Notes under the pieces: model-generated | The model's database searches: none | What the model was told of the DNA's origin: nothing | Seen by the model: only the letters and a program-made list of their open reading frames with translations | Program-made: the position numbers and the translations under genes | In this document: piece after piece, positions 19,211 through 29,181 of the stretch | Numbering within the stretch: the first letter of the stretch is position 1 | Layout: each line of letters opens with the position of its first letter | Source of the DNA: an uncultured Eudoraea sp. | GTDB lineage: Bacteria; Bacteroidota; Bacteroidia; Flavobacteriales; Flavobacteriaceae | Direction of reading: 5' to 3' | DNA length: 48,239 bases | NCBI GenBank assembly: GCA_965368835.1 | Contig: CBDUON010000001.1 | Location: 1 to 48,239, forward strand

Positions 19211-19764
19211 AATTTCGCAGGCATTAATTTTTTTCGTAAACTTTCTTTTGCTCTTGATATGGTAGTTCTGCAATTCGCATAACTGATGTCCATTACACTA
19301 CATATTTCCTCATAATCATACCCCTCTATTAAATGTAAGGTCAGAGAAATTCTGTAGTTATCCTTGAGCGTTTTCATGGTCTCCAAAACTCTTTGAGCCA
19401 ATCGTTCTGTTTCATCATGAGCAGCTTCGGGTACATCATTATCTCTGACCTTGTAAAGCGTATCATTAAGTGTAACCTCATTCTTCTTTTGTTGCTTTCT
19501 GTAATGAAACAGGCTTTTATTGATCACAATTCTTTTTAACCAGGCTCCAAATGCTACTTCTCCTTTAAACGTGTGCAATTTGGTAAAGGCATTTAAAAAA
19601 GCTTCTTGCATTACATCTTCCGCTTCGGCACTGTTCTTTACGATCCTTAATGCAGTATTGTACATAGCTTTATAGTATCTATTATAGATCTCCAATTGTG
19701 CTTTTTGGTTCCCCTCTAAGCATAATTGCAATAAGGTCTCTGTATGTTCTCCTACCTGGCTCAA
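19207..19764 (-). CDS. ECF RNA polymerase sigma-70 factor
   Basis: AEDVMQEAF, FGAWLKRIVIN, EGYDYEEI, SRAK. Likely TTG start at 19764 (ORF track starts at 19797). Confidence 0.92.
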   Translation of the reverse strand: MSQVGEHTETLLQLCLEGNQKAQLEIYNRYYKAMYNTALRIVKNSAEAEDVMQEAFLNAFTKLHTFKGEVAFGAWLKRIVINKSLFHYRKQQKKNEVTLNDTLYKVRDNDVPEAAHDETERLAQRVLETMKTLKDNYRISLTLHLIEGYDYEEICSVMDISYANCRTTISRAKESLRKKLMPAKL

Positions 19765-19785
19765 AAAAGTATTCGATTTGTTATA

Positions 19786-19813
19786 TAGATAGCTCAATTT
19801 AGTGATTGTTACA
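19786..19813 (-). promoter_or_regulatory. Putative ECF autoregulatory promoter
   Basis: Minus strand TGTAAC-N16-TATCTA directly upstream of the ECF gene. Confidence 0.45.
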
Positions 19814-19836
19814 GTTTATGTTCAAAAATTATGGGC

Positions 19837-19852
19837 TTGGCACAAGAATTGT
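19837..19852 (+). promoter_or_regulatory. Putative sigma54 promoter of lon
   Basis: TTGGCAC-AAGAA-TTGT, exact -24/-12 spacing. Confidence 0.6.
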
Positions 19853-19981
19853 TTTTTAAGGACGCATAAAACCTTTAAAAACCCATAGAAAAGGGTGCTA
19901 AAAGGTGTTAATGTTTAAAAATTTGATTACAATTAAAAATTACTACTGTCTTTAAATGACAGAATGACGGATAAACGATCT

Positions 19982-22432
19982 ATGGGAGACGCAAAAATTA
20001 TACGATTTGACAATATGTCGTTACAAGATATTAACGACGAATCTGAACTTATACCTTTATTAACACCAGAGGATGAGGAAGAAATGAATAATGAGGTTTT
20101 ACCGGAGACCCTTCCAATATTACCCTTGCGAAATACAGTACTATTTCCCGGAGTTGTGATTCCCATCACTGCCGGAAGAGATAAATCGATCAATTTGATC
20201 AAATACGCGAATAAAGGGGGCAAAACTATGGGTGTTGTTGCCCAGAAGGATGAGGATACGGAAGATCCCGGAGTAAAAGACATAAATACCATGGGAACCG
20301 TTGCCAGGATCCTACGGGTATTACAGATGCCAGATGGTAATACAACAGTTATTATTCAGGGGAAAAAACGTTTTGAAATTGCTGAGGTGCTAACGGAAGA
20401 TCCCTATATGACAGCTACCATCAGGGAAGTGAAGGAAGAAGAGATAGATCAAAAGGGAGAGGAATTCCTGGTTATTATAGATTCTATTAAAGAGATAGCA
20501 CTTCAGATAATTCGCGATAATCCTAATATTCCAAGTGAAGCTTCTTTTGCCATCAAGAATATACAGAGTAATTCCTTCCTTATCAATTTTGTATCCTCTA
20601 ACCTCAATTTGAGTGTAAAGGAGAAACAAACCTTGCTCGAAATAAGTAACCTTAAAGATCGTGCACTTGCTACTTTGAAGCACATGAATGTGGAACTTCA
20701 GAAACTGGCCCTTCAAAAAGACATACAGTCTAAGGTAAGATCGGATCTGGATCAACAGCAACGGGAATATTTCTTGCATCAGCAAATGAAGACCATTCAG
20801 GAAGAACTCGGAGGAGTATCCTATGATGAGGAAATAGAGGAAATGCAGGTTCTGGCGAAGAAGAAAAAGTGGAACGATAAGGTTAAGGAACATTTCGAAA
20901 AAGAATTGGCCAAAATGAAACGGATGAATCCGCAAGTAGCGGAGTACAGCATTCAACGAAACTATCTGGATCTTTACCTGGAGTTGCCATGGGGAGAGTT
21001 CTCTAAGGATAAATTTGATCTGAAAAGAGCTCAGAAAATTCTGGATAGGGATCATTATGGCCTGGAAGACGTAAAACGCCGTATTATAGAATACCTGGCC
21101 GTTTTAAAACTGAGGAACGATATGAAATCGCCTATCTTATGTCTGTACGGGCCTCCAGGAGTTGGTAAGACATCTTTAGGAAAATCGGTTGCAGAGGCAT
21201 TAGGCAGGCAATATGTAAGGATATCCCTGGGTGGACTTCGGGATGAAGCCGAGATCCGCGGACACAGGAAAACGTATATAGGGGCAATGCCCGGAAGGAT
21301 CATTCAAAGCGTAAAAAAAGCAGGTACATCTAATCCGGTATTTATCCTGGATGAGATAGACAAGCTTTCCAGTAGTTATCAGGGGGACCCTTCCTCTGCT
21401 ATGTTAGAGGTACTAGATCCCGAACAGAACAATGAATTTCATGATAATTTTCTTGAAATGGGATATGATCTGTCTAAAGTGATGTTCATTGCTACCGCTA
21501 ATAATCTTTCCTCTATACAACCTGCCCTTCGCGATAGAATGGAGATCATTAATGTAACGGGATATACCATAGAGGAAAAGGTGGAAATTGCCAAAAGGCA
21601 TCTGCTGCCTAAACAATTAAAAGAACATGGATTAACCCCAAAAGACCTGAAAGTTGGGAAAAGGCAGTTGGAAAAGATCGTTGAAGGATATACCAGAGAA
21701 TCAGGAGTGCGGGGTCTTGAGAAGCAAATAGCCAAAATGGTAAGGTATGCGGCTAAATCTATTGCCTTTGAAGAAGAGTATGAGATAAAGGTGAGCAATG
21801 AGATCATTGAAAAAGTGCTTGGCCCACCACGCCTGGAAAGAGATAAATATGAGAATAATGATACAGCAGGTGTAGTGACCGGACTGGCCTGGACAAGTGT
21901 AGGAGGTGATATTTTGTTTATTGAATCTATCTTATCTAAGGGAAAAGGTCAGCTCAATATTACAGGTAACCTGGGCAAGGTGATGAAAGAATCGGCTACC
22001 ATTGCCATGGAGTATATTAAGTCGAACGCAGACACTTTTGATATTGACCCCACGGTATTTAACCGATACAATGTTCATATTCACGTCCCGGAAGGGGCAA
22101 CACCAAAAGATGGACCCAGTGCAGGGATCACTATGCTAACCTCCCTGGTTTCTCTGTTTACACAGAAGAAGGTTAGGAAAAGTACGGCCATGACAGGGGA
22201 GATAACCTTACGAGGAAAAGTATTGCCGGTTGGTGGAATTAAAGAGAAGATACTGGCTGCCAAACGAGCCCGCATTAAGGATATTATTCTATGTGAAGAC
22301 AATAGGAAGGACATCCTTGAGATCAAAGAAGAGTATTTAAAAGGCCTTACATTTCATTATGTAACAGATATGAGTGAGGTAATTGCTCTGGCAGTTACTG
22401 ATCAAAAGGTAAAAAATGCTAAAAAGCTTTAA
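19982..22432 (+). CDS. lon: ATP-dependent protease La
   Basis: Walker [22 protein letters not shown] catalytic Ser, KEK Lys. Start 19982 or 19964. Confidence 0.97.
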   Translation: MGDAKIIRFDNMSLQDINDESELIPLLTPEDEEEMNNEVLPETLPILPLRNTVLFPGVVIPITAGRDKSINLIKYANKGGKTMGVVAQKDEDTEDPGVKDINTMGTVARILRVLQMPDGNTTVIIQGKKRFEIAEVLTEDPYMTATIREVKEEEIDQKGEEFLVIIDSIKEIALQIIRDNPNIPSEASFAIKNIQSNSFLINFVSSNLNLSVKEKQTLLEISNLKDRALATLKHMNVELQKLALQKDIQSKVRSDLDQQQREYFLHQQMKTIQEELGGVSYDEEIEEMQVLAKKKKWNDKVKEHFEKELAKMKRMNPQVAEYSIQRNYLDLYLELPWGEFSKDKFDLKRAQKILDRDHYGLEDVKRRIIEYLAVLKLRNDMKSPILCLYGPPGVGKTSLGKSVAEALGRQYVRISLGGLRDEAEIRGHRKTYIGAMPGRIIQSVKKAGTSNPVFILDEIDKLSSSYQGDPSSAMLEVLDPEQNNEFHDNFLEMGYDLSKVMFIATANNLSSIQPALRDRMEIINVTGYTIEEKVEIAKRHLLPKQLKEHGLTPKDLKVGKRQLEKIVEGYTRESGVRGLEKQIAKMVRYAAKSIAFEEEYEIKVSNEIIEKVLGPPRLERDKYENNDTAGVVTGLAWTSVGGDILFIESILSKGKGQLNITGNLGKVMKESATIAMEYIKSNADTFDIDPTVFNRYNVHIHVPEGATPKDGPSAGITMLTSLVSLFTQKKVRKSTAMTGEITLRGKVLPVGGIKEKILAAKRARIKDIILCEDNRKDILEIKEEYLKGLTFHYVTDMSEVIALAVTDQKVKNAKKL

Positions 22433-22514
22433 ATAAGTCTTTAGATTCTTTGCTTATAGAGAAAAAGTGCAGGGAAAGAAAAACCAATCCCGCGATTCTC
22501 CGTAATTTTAAGTC

Positions 22515-23207
22515 ATGAAAAAAATAACCATCGCTATTGACGGCCACTCATCTACGGGCAAGAGTACTATGGCGAAGCAATTGGCGAAGGCCCTTGGTTA
22601 TATTTATGTGGATACAGGTGCCATGTATAGGGCTGTAACTCTTTTTGCCCTGCAAAAAGGATATATTGGGCCTGGTGTTGATAAACTGGATCTGCTGATC
22701 CCCGATCTGCCAAAGATCCATCTGGAGTTTAGACAGAATGATACGCTTGGATATTCTGAAATGTTCCTCAATGATGTAAATGTAGAAAATAAGATACGCA
22801 CCCTTGAGGTCTCTCGTTATGTGAGCCAGGTTTCTGTGATTAAAGAAGTACGCCACAAATTGGTTATGCTGCAGCAAGAAATGGGTGTAAAAAAAGGCTT
22901 GGTAATGGATGGCCGCGATATAGGTACCGTGGTTTTTCCCAATGCCGAACTAAAAATATTCATGACAGCATCTTCCGAAATCAGAGCCACCAGGCGCTAT
23001 AAAGAATTACTAAACAGAGGTGCAGATATAAGTTTTGAAGAAGTGCTGGAAAATGTTCAGCACAGAGATTTTCTGGATTCTAACAGGGAGTTTTCTCCCT
23101 TGAGAAAAGCGGAGGATGCGGTAGTAATTGACAATAGTTCCATGAGTCCTGAGCAGCAGTTTCAAAAAGCTATGTCATTAGCTCAGGATCGTATTAATAC
23201 TCCATAA
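22515..23207 (+). CDS. cmk: Cytidylate kinase
   Basis: IAIDGHSSTGKST, DTGAMYR, DGRDIGTVVFP. Confidence 0.96.
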   Translation: MKKITIAIDGHSSTGKSTMAKQLAKALGYIYVDTGAMYRAVTLFALQKGYIGPGVDKLDLLIPDLPKIHLEFRQNDTLGYSEMFLNDVNVENKIRTLEVSRYVSQVSVIKEVRHKLVMLQQEMGVKKGLVMDGRDIGTVVFPNAELKIFMTASSEIRATRRYKELLNRGADISFEEVLENVQHRDFLDSNREFSPLRKAEDAVVIDNSSMSPEQQFQKAMSLAQDRINTP

Positions 23208-23233
23208 AAAAAGGCGCTGTTGCAGCGCCTTTC
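23206..23233. terminator. Intrinsic terminator between the convergent cmk and LysM genes
   Basis: 10-bp stem AAAGGCGCTG/CAGCGCCTTT with an A-tract on the left. Confidence 0.8.
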
Positions 23234-23246
23234 AGTTTGAATCTTT

Positions 23247-23627
23247 TTATAATTTAGGTATCACCAAAACCTGATCCGGATGAATCATATCTGGATTCTT
23301 GAGAATATTAGTGTTGGCAGAAAAAATTTGCTTGTATTTCATGGGATCTCCATAATAATGCTTTGCAATTTTACTAAGCGATTCTCCACTTTGCACAACA
23401 TGCCTGTGATAAACACTGTCATCTGCTACGGTGATATTTGCTTTTATATCTGAAGGATGCTCCCCTCCAACTGCTTTTATTTTATCCCATAAAAGGTCTT
23501 TTTCATAAGCAGTTTTGGCTTCTCCTTTAATTTTTAAAATGCCATTTTCTTCAGTTACCTTACCATCTTTGATACCTAATTTTTCTCCCAGGGTTAATAC
23601 GCCCTCGTATTTAGCTTTAACACTCAT
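23247..23627 (-). CDS. LysM peptidoglycan-binding protein (BON/Kbp-like N-terminus)
   Basis: HVVQSGESLSKIAKHYYG...IHPDQVLVIP LysM domain. Confidence 0.9.
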   Translation of the reverse strand: MSVKAKYEGVLTLGEKLGIKDGKVTEENGILKIKGEAKTAYEKDLLWDKIKAVGGEHPSDIKANITVADDSVYHRHVVQSGESLSKIAKHYYGDPMKYKQIFSANTNILKNPDMIHPDQVLVIPKL

Positions 23628-23738
23628 TTATTCTAATTTAAAAGGTTTATAATTTGACTTTAAAGATACAAAATCTGGAAAGATTTTAGTGGCATGCCGA
23701 TAATTTGTTGTGATTTTCTTTGCCGCTTGGTTTTTAGG

Positions 23739-23769
23739 TTGTAAAAATTAGAATTTAATTGTACTTTTG
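23739..23769 (+). promoter_or_regulatory. Housekeeping promoter of rpsA
   Basis: TTG (-33 region), 20-nt spacer, TACTTTTG (-7). Confidence 0.65.
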
Positions 23770-23885
23770 CACACCTTTTTAGCAAGTATTTAAGAGAAAA
23801 AAGGGAATCAAAATAAATAAAAACAACTTCCATAGATGTTGCTTTACTCTTAAAGATTTATGGAATACAAAATAATATCAGCAAA

Positions 23886-25739
23886 ATGGCTGAAAAGAAA
23901 AAAACAACAGAAGAGACTCAAGTAACTGAAGAGACTCAGGTAACTGAAGTAGCTCAGGAACAAAAAGTAGAGACTCCAAAACAAGATCCGAAAGAATTCC
24001 TGAAGAATTTTGATTGGGACAAGTATGAAGAGGGAATTGAGCGTGTAGACGAATCCAAATTAGAAGAATTCGAAAAATTAGTTGCTGCAAACTTTGTAGA
24101 TACGGCAGATGAGGAAGTGGTTCAGGGAACCGTAACTTATATCACCGATCGCGAGGCAATCATTGACATCAATGCAAAATCTGAAGGGGTTATTTCTCTG
24201 AATGAATTTCGCTACAATCCCGGACTAAAAGTTGGGGACAAAGTAGAGGTATTGATTGATATCCGCGAGGATAAGAGCGGACAATTAGTTCTTTCCCACA
24301 GAAAAGCCCGTACTATACAGGCATGGGAAAGAGTAAATGCTGCCCATGACAATGAGGAAGTAGTTACTGGTTTTGTAAAATGCAGAACCAAAGGAGGTAT
24401 GATCGTTGACGTATTTGGTATTGAAGCCTTCCTTCCGGGATCGCAGATAGATGTTAAACCAATTCGCGATTACGACCAATATGTTGGTAAGACCATGGAG
24501 TTCAAGGTGGTGAAGATCAACCACGAATTTAAGAACGTGGTAGTTTCTCATAAAGCTCTTATTGAGGCAGATATTGAAGAACAGAAAAAAGAGATCATCA
24601 GCCAGTTAGAAAAAGGACAGGTATTAGAAGGTGTTGTGAAAAACATCACTTCTTATGGTGTCTTTATTGATCTTGGTGGAGTAGATGGACTAATCCATAT
24701 CACTGATCTTTCCTGGAGTAGAATCAACCATCCAAATGAGGTGGTAGAGCTAGACCAAAAACTCAATGTGGTAATCCTTGATTTCGATGATAATAAATCC
24801 AGAATTCAGTTAGGACTTAAGCAATTAGAGAAACACCCATGGGAAGCCTTAGGTGATGAGTTTAAAATTGGAGATAAAGTTAAAGGAAAGGTTGTAGTCA
24901 TTGCTGATTACGGCGCATTCTTAGAAGTAGCAGAAGGAGTTGAAGGACTGATACACGTTTCAGAGATGTCCTGGTCTACTCATTTAAGATCGGCACAAGA
25001 TTTCGTGAAGGTAGGAGATGAATTAGAAGCTGTTGTGCTTACTCTTGATCGCGAGGACAGAAAAATGTCCTTAGGGATCAAACAACTTACACCAGATCCA
25101 TGGACAGACATTACGTCTAAATATCCTGTTGGCTCTAAGCACAAAGGAATTGTAAGGAACTTTACCAACTTTGGAGTTTTTGTGGAACTGGAAGAAGGGA
25201 TCGATGGATTGATCTATATTTCAGATCTGTCATGGACCAAGAAGATCAAGCATCCATCTGAGTTTGTTGCTGTTGGCGACACCCTCGAAGTAGAAGTGCT
25301 GGAATTGGATGTGGAAGGTCGTAAACTGAGTTTAGGTCATAAGCAAACAACAGATAATCCTTGGGATAAGTACGAAAAGGAATTTGCCCTGGGTACTGAG
25401 CACACATCGGCTATTTCCGAGATCGTTGATAAAGGAGCGGTGATAGAGTTCAACAAGGACATCACAGCATTTGTTCCTCAACGACACATGGAGAAAGAAG
25501 ATGGCAAGAAGCTGGCTAAGGGAGAAGAAGCCCTTTTCAAGATCATTGAATTTAATAAAGAATTCAAAAGAGTAGTAGCCAGCCATACGGCGATTTTCAG
25601 AGAAGAAGAACAACGCAACGTAAAAGCAGCCAAGAAAAAAGCTGCTACCTCAGCTGAGGAGTCTAAACCAACACTGGGAGACGCCAATGAGCAACTACAA
25701 GCGTTAAAAGACAAAATGGAAGCAGGCAAAAAGAAGTAA
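23886..25739 (+). CDS. rpsA: 30S ribosomal protein S1
   Basis: Six S1 repeats (FLPGSQID, GVFIDLGGVDGLIHITDLSW, etc.). Confidence 0.98.
   Translation: MAEKKKTTEETQVTEETQVTEVAQEQKVETPKQDPKEFLKNFDWDKYEEGIERVDESKLEEFEKLVAANFVDTADEEVVQGTVTYITDREAIIDINAKSEGVISLNEFRYNPGLKVGDKVEVLIDIREDKSGQLVLSHRKARTIQAWERVNAAHDNEEVVTGFVKCRTKGGMIVDVFGIEAFLPGSQIDVKPIRDYDQYVGKTMEFKVVKINHEFKNVVVSHKALIEADIEEQKKEIISQLEKGQVLEGVVKNITSYGVFIDLGGVDGLIHITDLSWSRINHPNEVVELDQKLNVVILDFDDNKSRIQLGLKQLEKHPWEALGDEFKIGDKVKGKVVVIADYGAFLEVAEGVEGLIHVSEMSWSTHLRSAQDFVKVGDELEAVVLTLDREDRKMSLGIKQLTPDPWTDITSKYPVGSKHKGIVRNFTNFGVFVELEEGIDGLIYISDLSWTKKIKHPSEFVAVGDTLEVEVLELDVEGRKLSLGHKQTTDNPWDKYEKEFALGTEHTSAISEIVDKGAVIEFNKDITAFVPQRHMEKEDGKKLAKGEEALFKIIEFNKEFKRVVASHTAIFREEEQRNVKAAKKKAATSAEESKPTLGDANEQLQALKDKMEAGKKK
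23907..23960 (+). repeat. Three imperfect 18-bp tandem repeats in the rpsA 5' end (TEETQV TEETQV TEVAQE)
   Basis: ACAGAAGAGACTCAAGTA / ACTGAAGAGACTCAGGTA / ACTGAAGTAGCTCAGGAA. Confidence 0.8.
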
Positions 25740-25770
25740 GCTTTCGTAATGTTTTTCAATAAATAATGTG

Positions 25771-25801
25771 AAGCCCTGACCATTTGGTCGGGGCTTTTTT
25801 T
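25771..25801 (+). terminator. Intrinsic terminator after rpsA
   Basis: AAGCCCTGACCA-TT-TGGTCGGGGCTT hairpin ending in a T7 run. Confidence 0.88.
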
Positions 25802-25876
25802 ATGATCCTAAATGACATAAATATTTGTAGAATGGATGATATTTATCACGGTTCCATTTTATTGAATAGAAATCCC

Positions 25877-25884
25877 TATTTTTG
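25877..25884 (+). promoter_or_regulatory. -7 promoter element of the pyrR-pyrB operon
   Basis: TATTTTTG about 27 nt before ATG 25912. Confidence 0.55.
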
Positions 25885-25911
25885 CTATCCAATATGTTGG
25901 TAGCGAAAACC

Positions 25912-26451
25912 ATGAGTCAAAAAGTACTTCTTTCCTCAAAAGAAATCCACATTATTTTACATCGCCTTGCTTGCCAACTTTTAGAAAATCACCTCGACTT
26001 TACCAATACCGTTTTAATAGGAATTCAACCCAGGGGTAGCTTTCTGGCGAACCGTTTGGCGAAAATCCTCAAAGAAGAGTACAAGGTGAAGGAAATTAAA
26101 CTTGGGTTGCTAGACATCACTTTTTTTCGCGATGATTTTAGAAGGAGCGATAAACCCCTTGAAGCGAGTACCACCAACATAGATTTTCTGATTGAAGGAA
26201 AAAATGTGGTATTAATAGATGATGTATTGTATACAGGGCGTAGCATTCGTGCTGCTTTAACAGCCATCCAATCATTTGGAAGACCGCAAGAAATAGAATT
26301 GCTAACCCTTATTGACAGAAGATTTAGCAGACATTTACCCATACAGCCAAATTATAGGGGGAGACAAGTAGATGCCATCAATAATGAAAAGGTAAAAGTT
26401 ATGTGGAAAGAAAATGATGGAAAGGATGTGGTTTATTTAGTAAACAAATAA
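25912..26451 (+). CDS. pyrR: Bifunctional pyrimidine regulator / uracil phosphoribosyltransferase
   Basis: LDITFFRDD, LIDDVLYTGRSIRAA, RHLPIQP. Likely start MSQK. Confidence 0.93.
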   Translation: MSQKVLLSSKEIHIILHRLACQLLENHLDFTNTVLIGIQPRGSFLANRLAKILKEEYKVKEIKLGLLDITFFRDDFRRSDKPLEASTTNIDFLIEGKNVVLIDDVLYTGRSIRAALTAIQSFGRPQEIELLTLIDRRFSRHLPIQPNYRGRQVDAINNEKVKVMWKENDGKDVVYLVNK

Positions 26452-26455
26452 AAGT

Positions 26456-27382
26456 ATGTCGGTACTTAGTGTAAAACACCTTTTGGGAATTAAATATCTG
26501 AATGAAAAGGATATTCAACTTATTTTCGAAACTGCCGATCAGTTTAAAGAAGTTATCAATAGGTCCATTAAAAAAGTTCCTTCCCTCCGGGATATTACCA
26601 TTGCCAATATATTTTTTGAGAATAGTACCCGTACCAAGCTAAGTTTTGAGCTGGCTGAAAAAAGATTATCTGCAGACGTCATCAATTTCTCAGCATCCCA
26701 GTCATCCGTAAAAAAGGGAGAAACGCTGATAGACACTGTTAGTAATATTCTCTCTATGAAAGTAGATATGGTGGTGATGCGGCACCCAAATCCAGGTGCA
26801 GGTATCTTTCTGGCAAAACATGTAAATGCAGCTATTATTAATGCGGGAGATGGGGCTCACGAGCATCCAACACAAGCATTATTAGATTCGTATTCCATCC
26901 GGGAGAAGTTGGGCGATGTGGCCGGAAAAAAAGTAGTGATCGTGGGTGATATTTTGCATTCCAGGGTAGCGTTGTCTAATATATTTGCCTTAAAACTTCA
27001 GGGAGCAGAGGTAAAAGTTTGTGGACCTAAGACATTGATCCCTAAGTATATTGAGACTCTTGGAGTGGGGGTGGAGCCAAATCTTAAAAAGGCCCTTGAA
27101 TGGTGTGATGTGGCCAACATGCTTCGTGTTCAGAATGAACGTATGGAGATGAGTTACTTTCCCTCCACAAGGGAATACACACAGCAATATGGTATTAACA
27201 GACATATTCTGGATAGCCTGAAAAAAGAGATAGTCATCATGCACCCGGGTCCTATCAACAGAGGAGTGGAGATAACCAGTGATGTAGCCGATTCCTCGCA
27301 ATCTATAATACTTCATCAGGTAGAAAACGGTGTGGCCATACGTATGGCTGTTATTTATTTATTAGCATCACAAATAAAATAG
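26456..27382 (+). CDS. pyrB: Aspartate carbamoyltransferase catalytic subunit
   Basis: FFENSTRT, NAGDGAHEHPTQ, HPGP. Confidence 0.97.
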   Translation: MSVLSVKHLLGIKYLNEKDIQLIFETADQFKEVINRSIKKVPSLRDITIANIFFENSTRTKLSFELAEKRLSADVINFSASQSSVKKGETLIDTVSNILSMKVDMVVMRHPNPGAGIFLAKHVNAAIINAGDGAHEHPTQALLDSYSIREKLGDVAGKKVVIVGDILHSRVALSNIFALKLQGAEVKVCGPKTLIPKYIETLGVGVEPNLKKALEWCDVANMLRVQNERMEMSYFPSTREYTQQYGINRHILDSLKKEIVIMHPGPINRGVEITSDVADSSQSIILHQVENGVAIRMAVIYLLASQIK

Positions 27383-27388
27383 GAACCT

Positions 27389-27721
27389 ATGATTTTTGAA
27401 AGAGAAGGCAATAGCACCATTGTTTATCAGGAAAACATCCCACTTTTAAAATTTGTCGAAAATCTGAAGTCGGCCTACGAAAAGCTCAAGAACGACCATA
27501 TTATTGTGAACTTATTTTCATTCTCCAGGCTTAGTGCTGATGAGATCCTGGAATTTCTGGAGCTATCTAATACGCACAGGAAGGCCAAGAAATCTTTTGT
27601 TTTGGTAACCGATAAGGTATCTTATGATGAGGTGCCGGATGAGATTAGCCTGGTCCCCACCATACAGGAGGCAATGGACCTTATTGAGATGGAAGATATA
27701 GAAAGAGATCTGGAATTATAA
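27389..27721 (+). CDS. Conserved hypothetical protein (110 aa, acidic)
   Basis: Packed in the pyrB operon; KKSFVLV...VPTIQEAMDLIEMEDIERDL. Confidence 0.75.
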   Translation: MIFEREGNSTIVYQENIPLLKFVENLKSAYEKLKNDHIIVNLFSFSRLSADEILEFLELSNTHRKAKKSFVLVTDKVSYDEVPDEISLVPTIQEAMDLIEMEDIERDLEL

Positions 27722-27723
27722 GT

Positions 27724-28179
27724 ATGCCATATCATTTTGCTCAAGTTAATATCGCCAGGGCACAATACAAATTGGATGATCCTCGGATGGCCGATTTTGT
27801 GAATAATACGGCAAGGATCAATGCCTTGGCCGAAGAAAGTCCCGGTTTTATATGGCGATGGATAGAGGAGCCATCCAATGATATTTATGAGGTTTTTGGT
27901 GATCCTGCCTTAATAGTCAATATGTCATTGTGGGAATCCAGAGAAACCTTAATGGAATTTACATATCAAACGGCACATGTTGATATCTATAAAAGGCGAA
28001 AAGAATGGTTTTCCAAAATAAAAGATAGTCATATGGTATGTTGGTATACCAAAGAGACTGTTATCTCACTTAAGGAAGCCAAAAAGAGACTAGATCATCT
28101 GAATACCAAAGGAGAGTCGGCTTATGCGTTTAGTTTTCGATCTAATTTTACGATTGAAGAAGCCAAACAGTACTTGTAA
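27724..28179 (+). CDS. DUF3291-family protein
   Basis: HFAQVNIA, INALAEESPGFIWR, VNMSLWES, RRKEWF. Confidence 0.85.
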   Translation: MPYHFAQVNIARAQYKLDDPRMADFVNNTARINALAEESPGFIWRWIEEPSNDIYEVFGDPALIVNMSLWESRETLMEFTYQTAHVDIYKRRKEWFSKIKDSHMVCWYTKETVISLKEAKKRLDHLNTKGESAYAFSFRSNFTIEEAKQYL

Positions 28180-28196
28180 GAATTGATCACACCGCT

Positions 28197-29102
28197 ATGA
28201 AACTTCATATTTTGGGATGTCATGCAGCAACCCCTTCCCTTATGGGCAATCCATCCGCTCAGATCCTGGAAGTAAGAGATCATCTGTTCCTAATAGATTG
28301 TGGAGAGGGTACTCAAGTGCAGTTGAGGAAGCATAAGATAAAATTTTCAAGGATCAACCATATTTTTATCTCGCATCTTCACGGCGACCATTTTTTTGGT
28401 TTGCCCGGTCTTATTGCCACTTTTCAATTACTTGGACGAGAGAAGGAGCTGCACATTTACGGACCTTCCGGAATAAAAGAAGTTGTGTTAATGCTGTTAA
28501 AAGTGGGGAATTCCTGGACCAGTTTCTCCATTATCTTTCATGAGTTGTCTGCCAAAGAGCCCATAGAGATCTTTGCGGATAACAAAGTAGTAGTTACAAC
28601 CATCCCTTTATCGCATCGTATCTATACCAACGGATTTTTATTTCGGGAGAAATCAAAAGAACGGATCCTAAATATTGAGGCAGTAGCAGCCTACAAAATA
28701 GACAAGGCCTATTTTAAGAATATTAAAAAAGGAAAAGATATACTTCTTGAGAATGGTGAAGAGATCTCAAATAAATTATTAACCTTGGACCCACCCAAAC
28801 CCAAGAGCTATGCCTATTGCAGCGATACTGCATATGACACGGGTATTATTGAATGGATAAGAGGAGTAGATGCCTTGTATCATGAAGCAACTTTCCTTAC
28901 TTCAGAAGCTCATTTGGCTGCTAAAACCAAGCATTCTACAGCAGAAGAGGCCGCAAAGATCGCAAAAGCGGCCCATGTAGAACTCCTTATTTTAGGTCAT
29001 TTTTCTATCCGCTACAAGAAGAAAGAAGTATTCATGGCGGAAGCAGTTCCTCATTTTGCTAATGTACAACTGGCTGAAGATGGTAAATTGGTGATTTTCT
29101 AA
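28197..29102 (+). CDS. rnz: Ribonuclease Z
   Basis: DCGEGTQ, SHLHGDH, HEATF, HST, GHFS motifs. Confidence 0.95.
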   Translation: MKLHILGCHAATPSLMGNPSAQILEVRDHLFLIDCGEGTQVQLRKHKIKFSRINHIFISHLHGDHFFGLPGLIATFQLLGREKELHIYGPSGIKEVVLMLLKVGNSWTSFSIIFHELSAKEPIEIFADNKVVVTTIPLSHRIYTNGFLFREKSKERILNIEAVAAYKIDKAYFKNIKKGKDILLENGEEISNKLLTLDPPKPKSYAYCSDTAYDTGIIEWIRGVDALYHEATFLTSEAHLAAKTKHSTAEEAAKIAKAAHVELLILGHFSIRYKKKEVFMAEAVPHFANVQLAEDGKLVIF

Positions 29103-29106
29103 GAAT

Positions 29107-29133
29107 AAAAAGGAGACTGCTGTTTCCCTTTTT
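29107..29133 (+). terminator. Probable terminator after rnz
   Basis: AAAAAGGAGAC-TGCT-GTTTCCCTTTTT. Confidence 0.55.
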
Positions 29134-29181
29134 GTTAAGTTTTCACCAACTTTGTTTTACTTTGGATCAGTTTAAAAACTC

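Noticed and set aside
25802-25911. PyrR-binding attenuator upstream of pyrR
   Set aside because: The predicted promoter leaves a leader of only about 20 nt, and no PyrR binding loop or terminator/antiterminator pair is visible. The nearby hairpin is the rpsA terminator.
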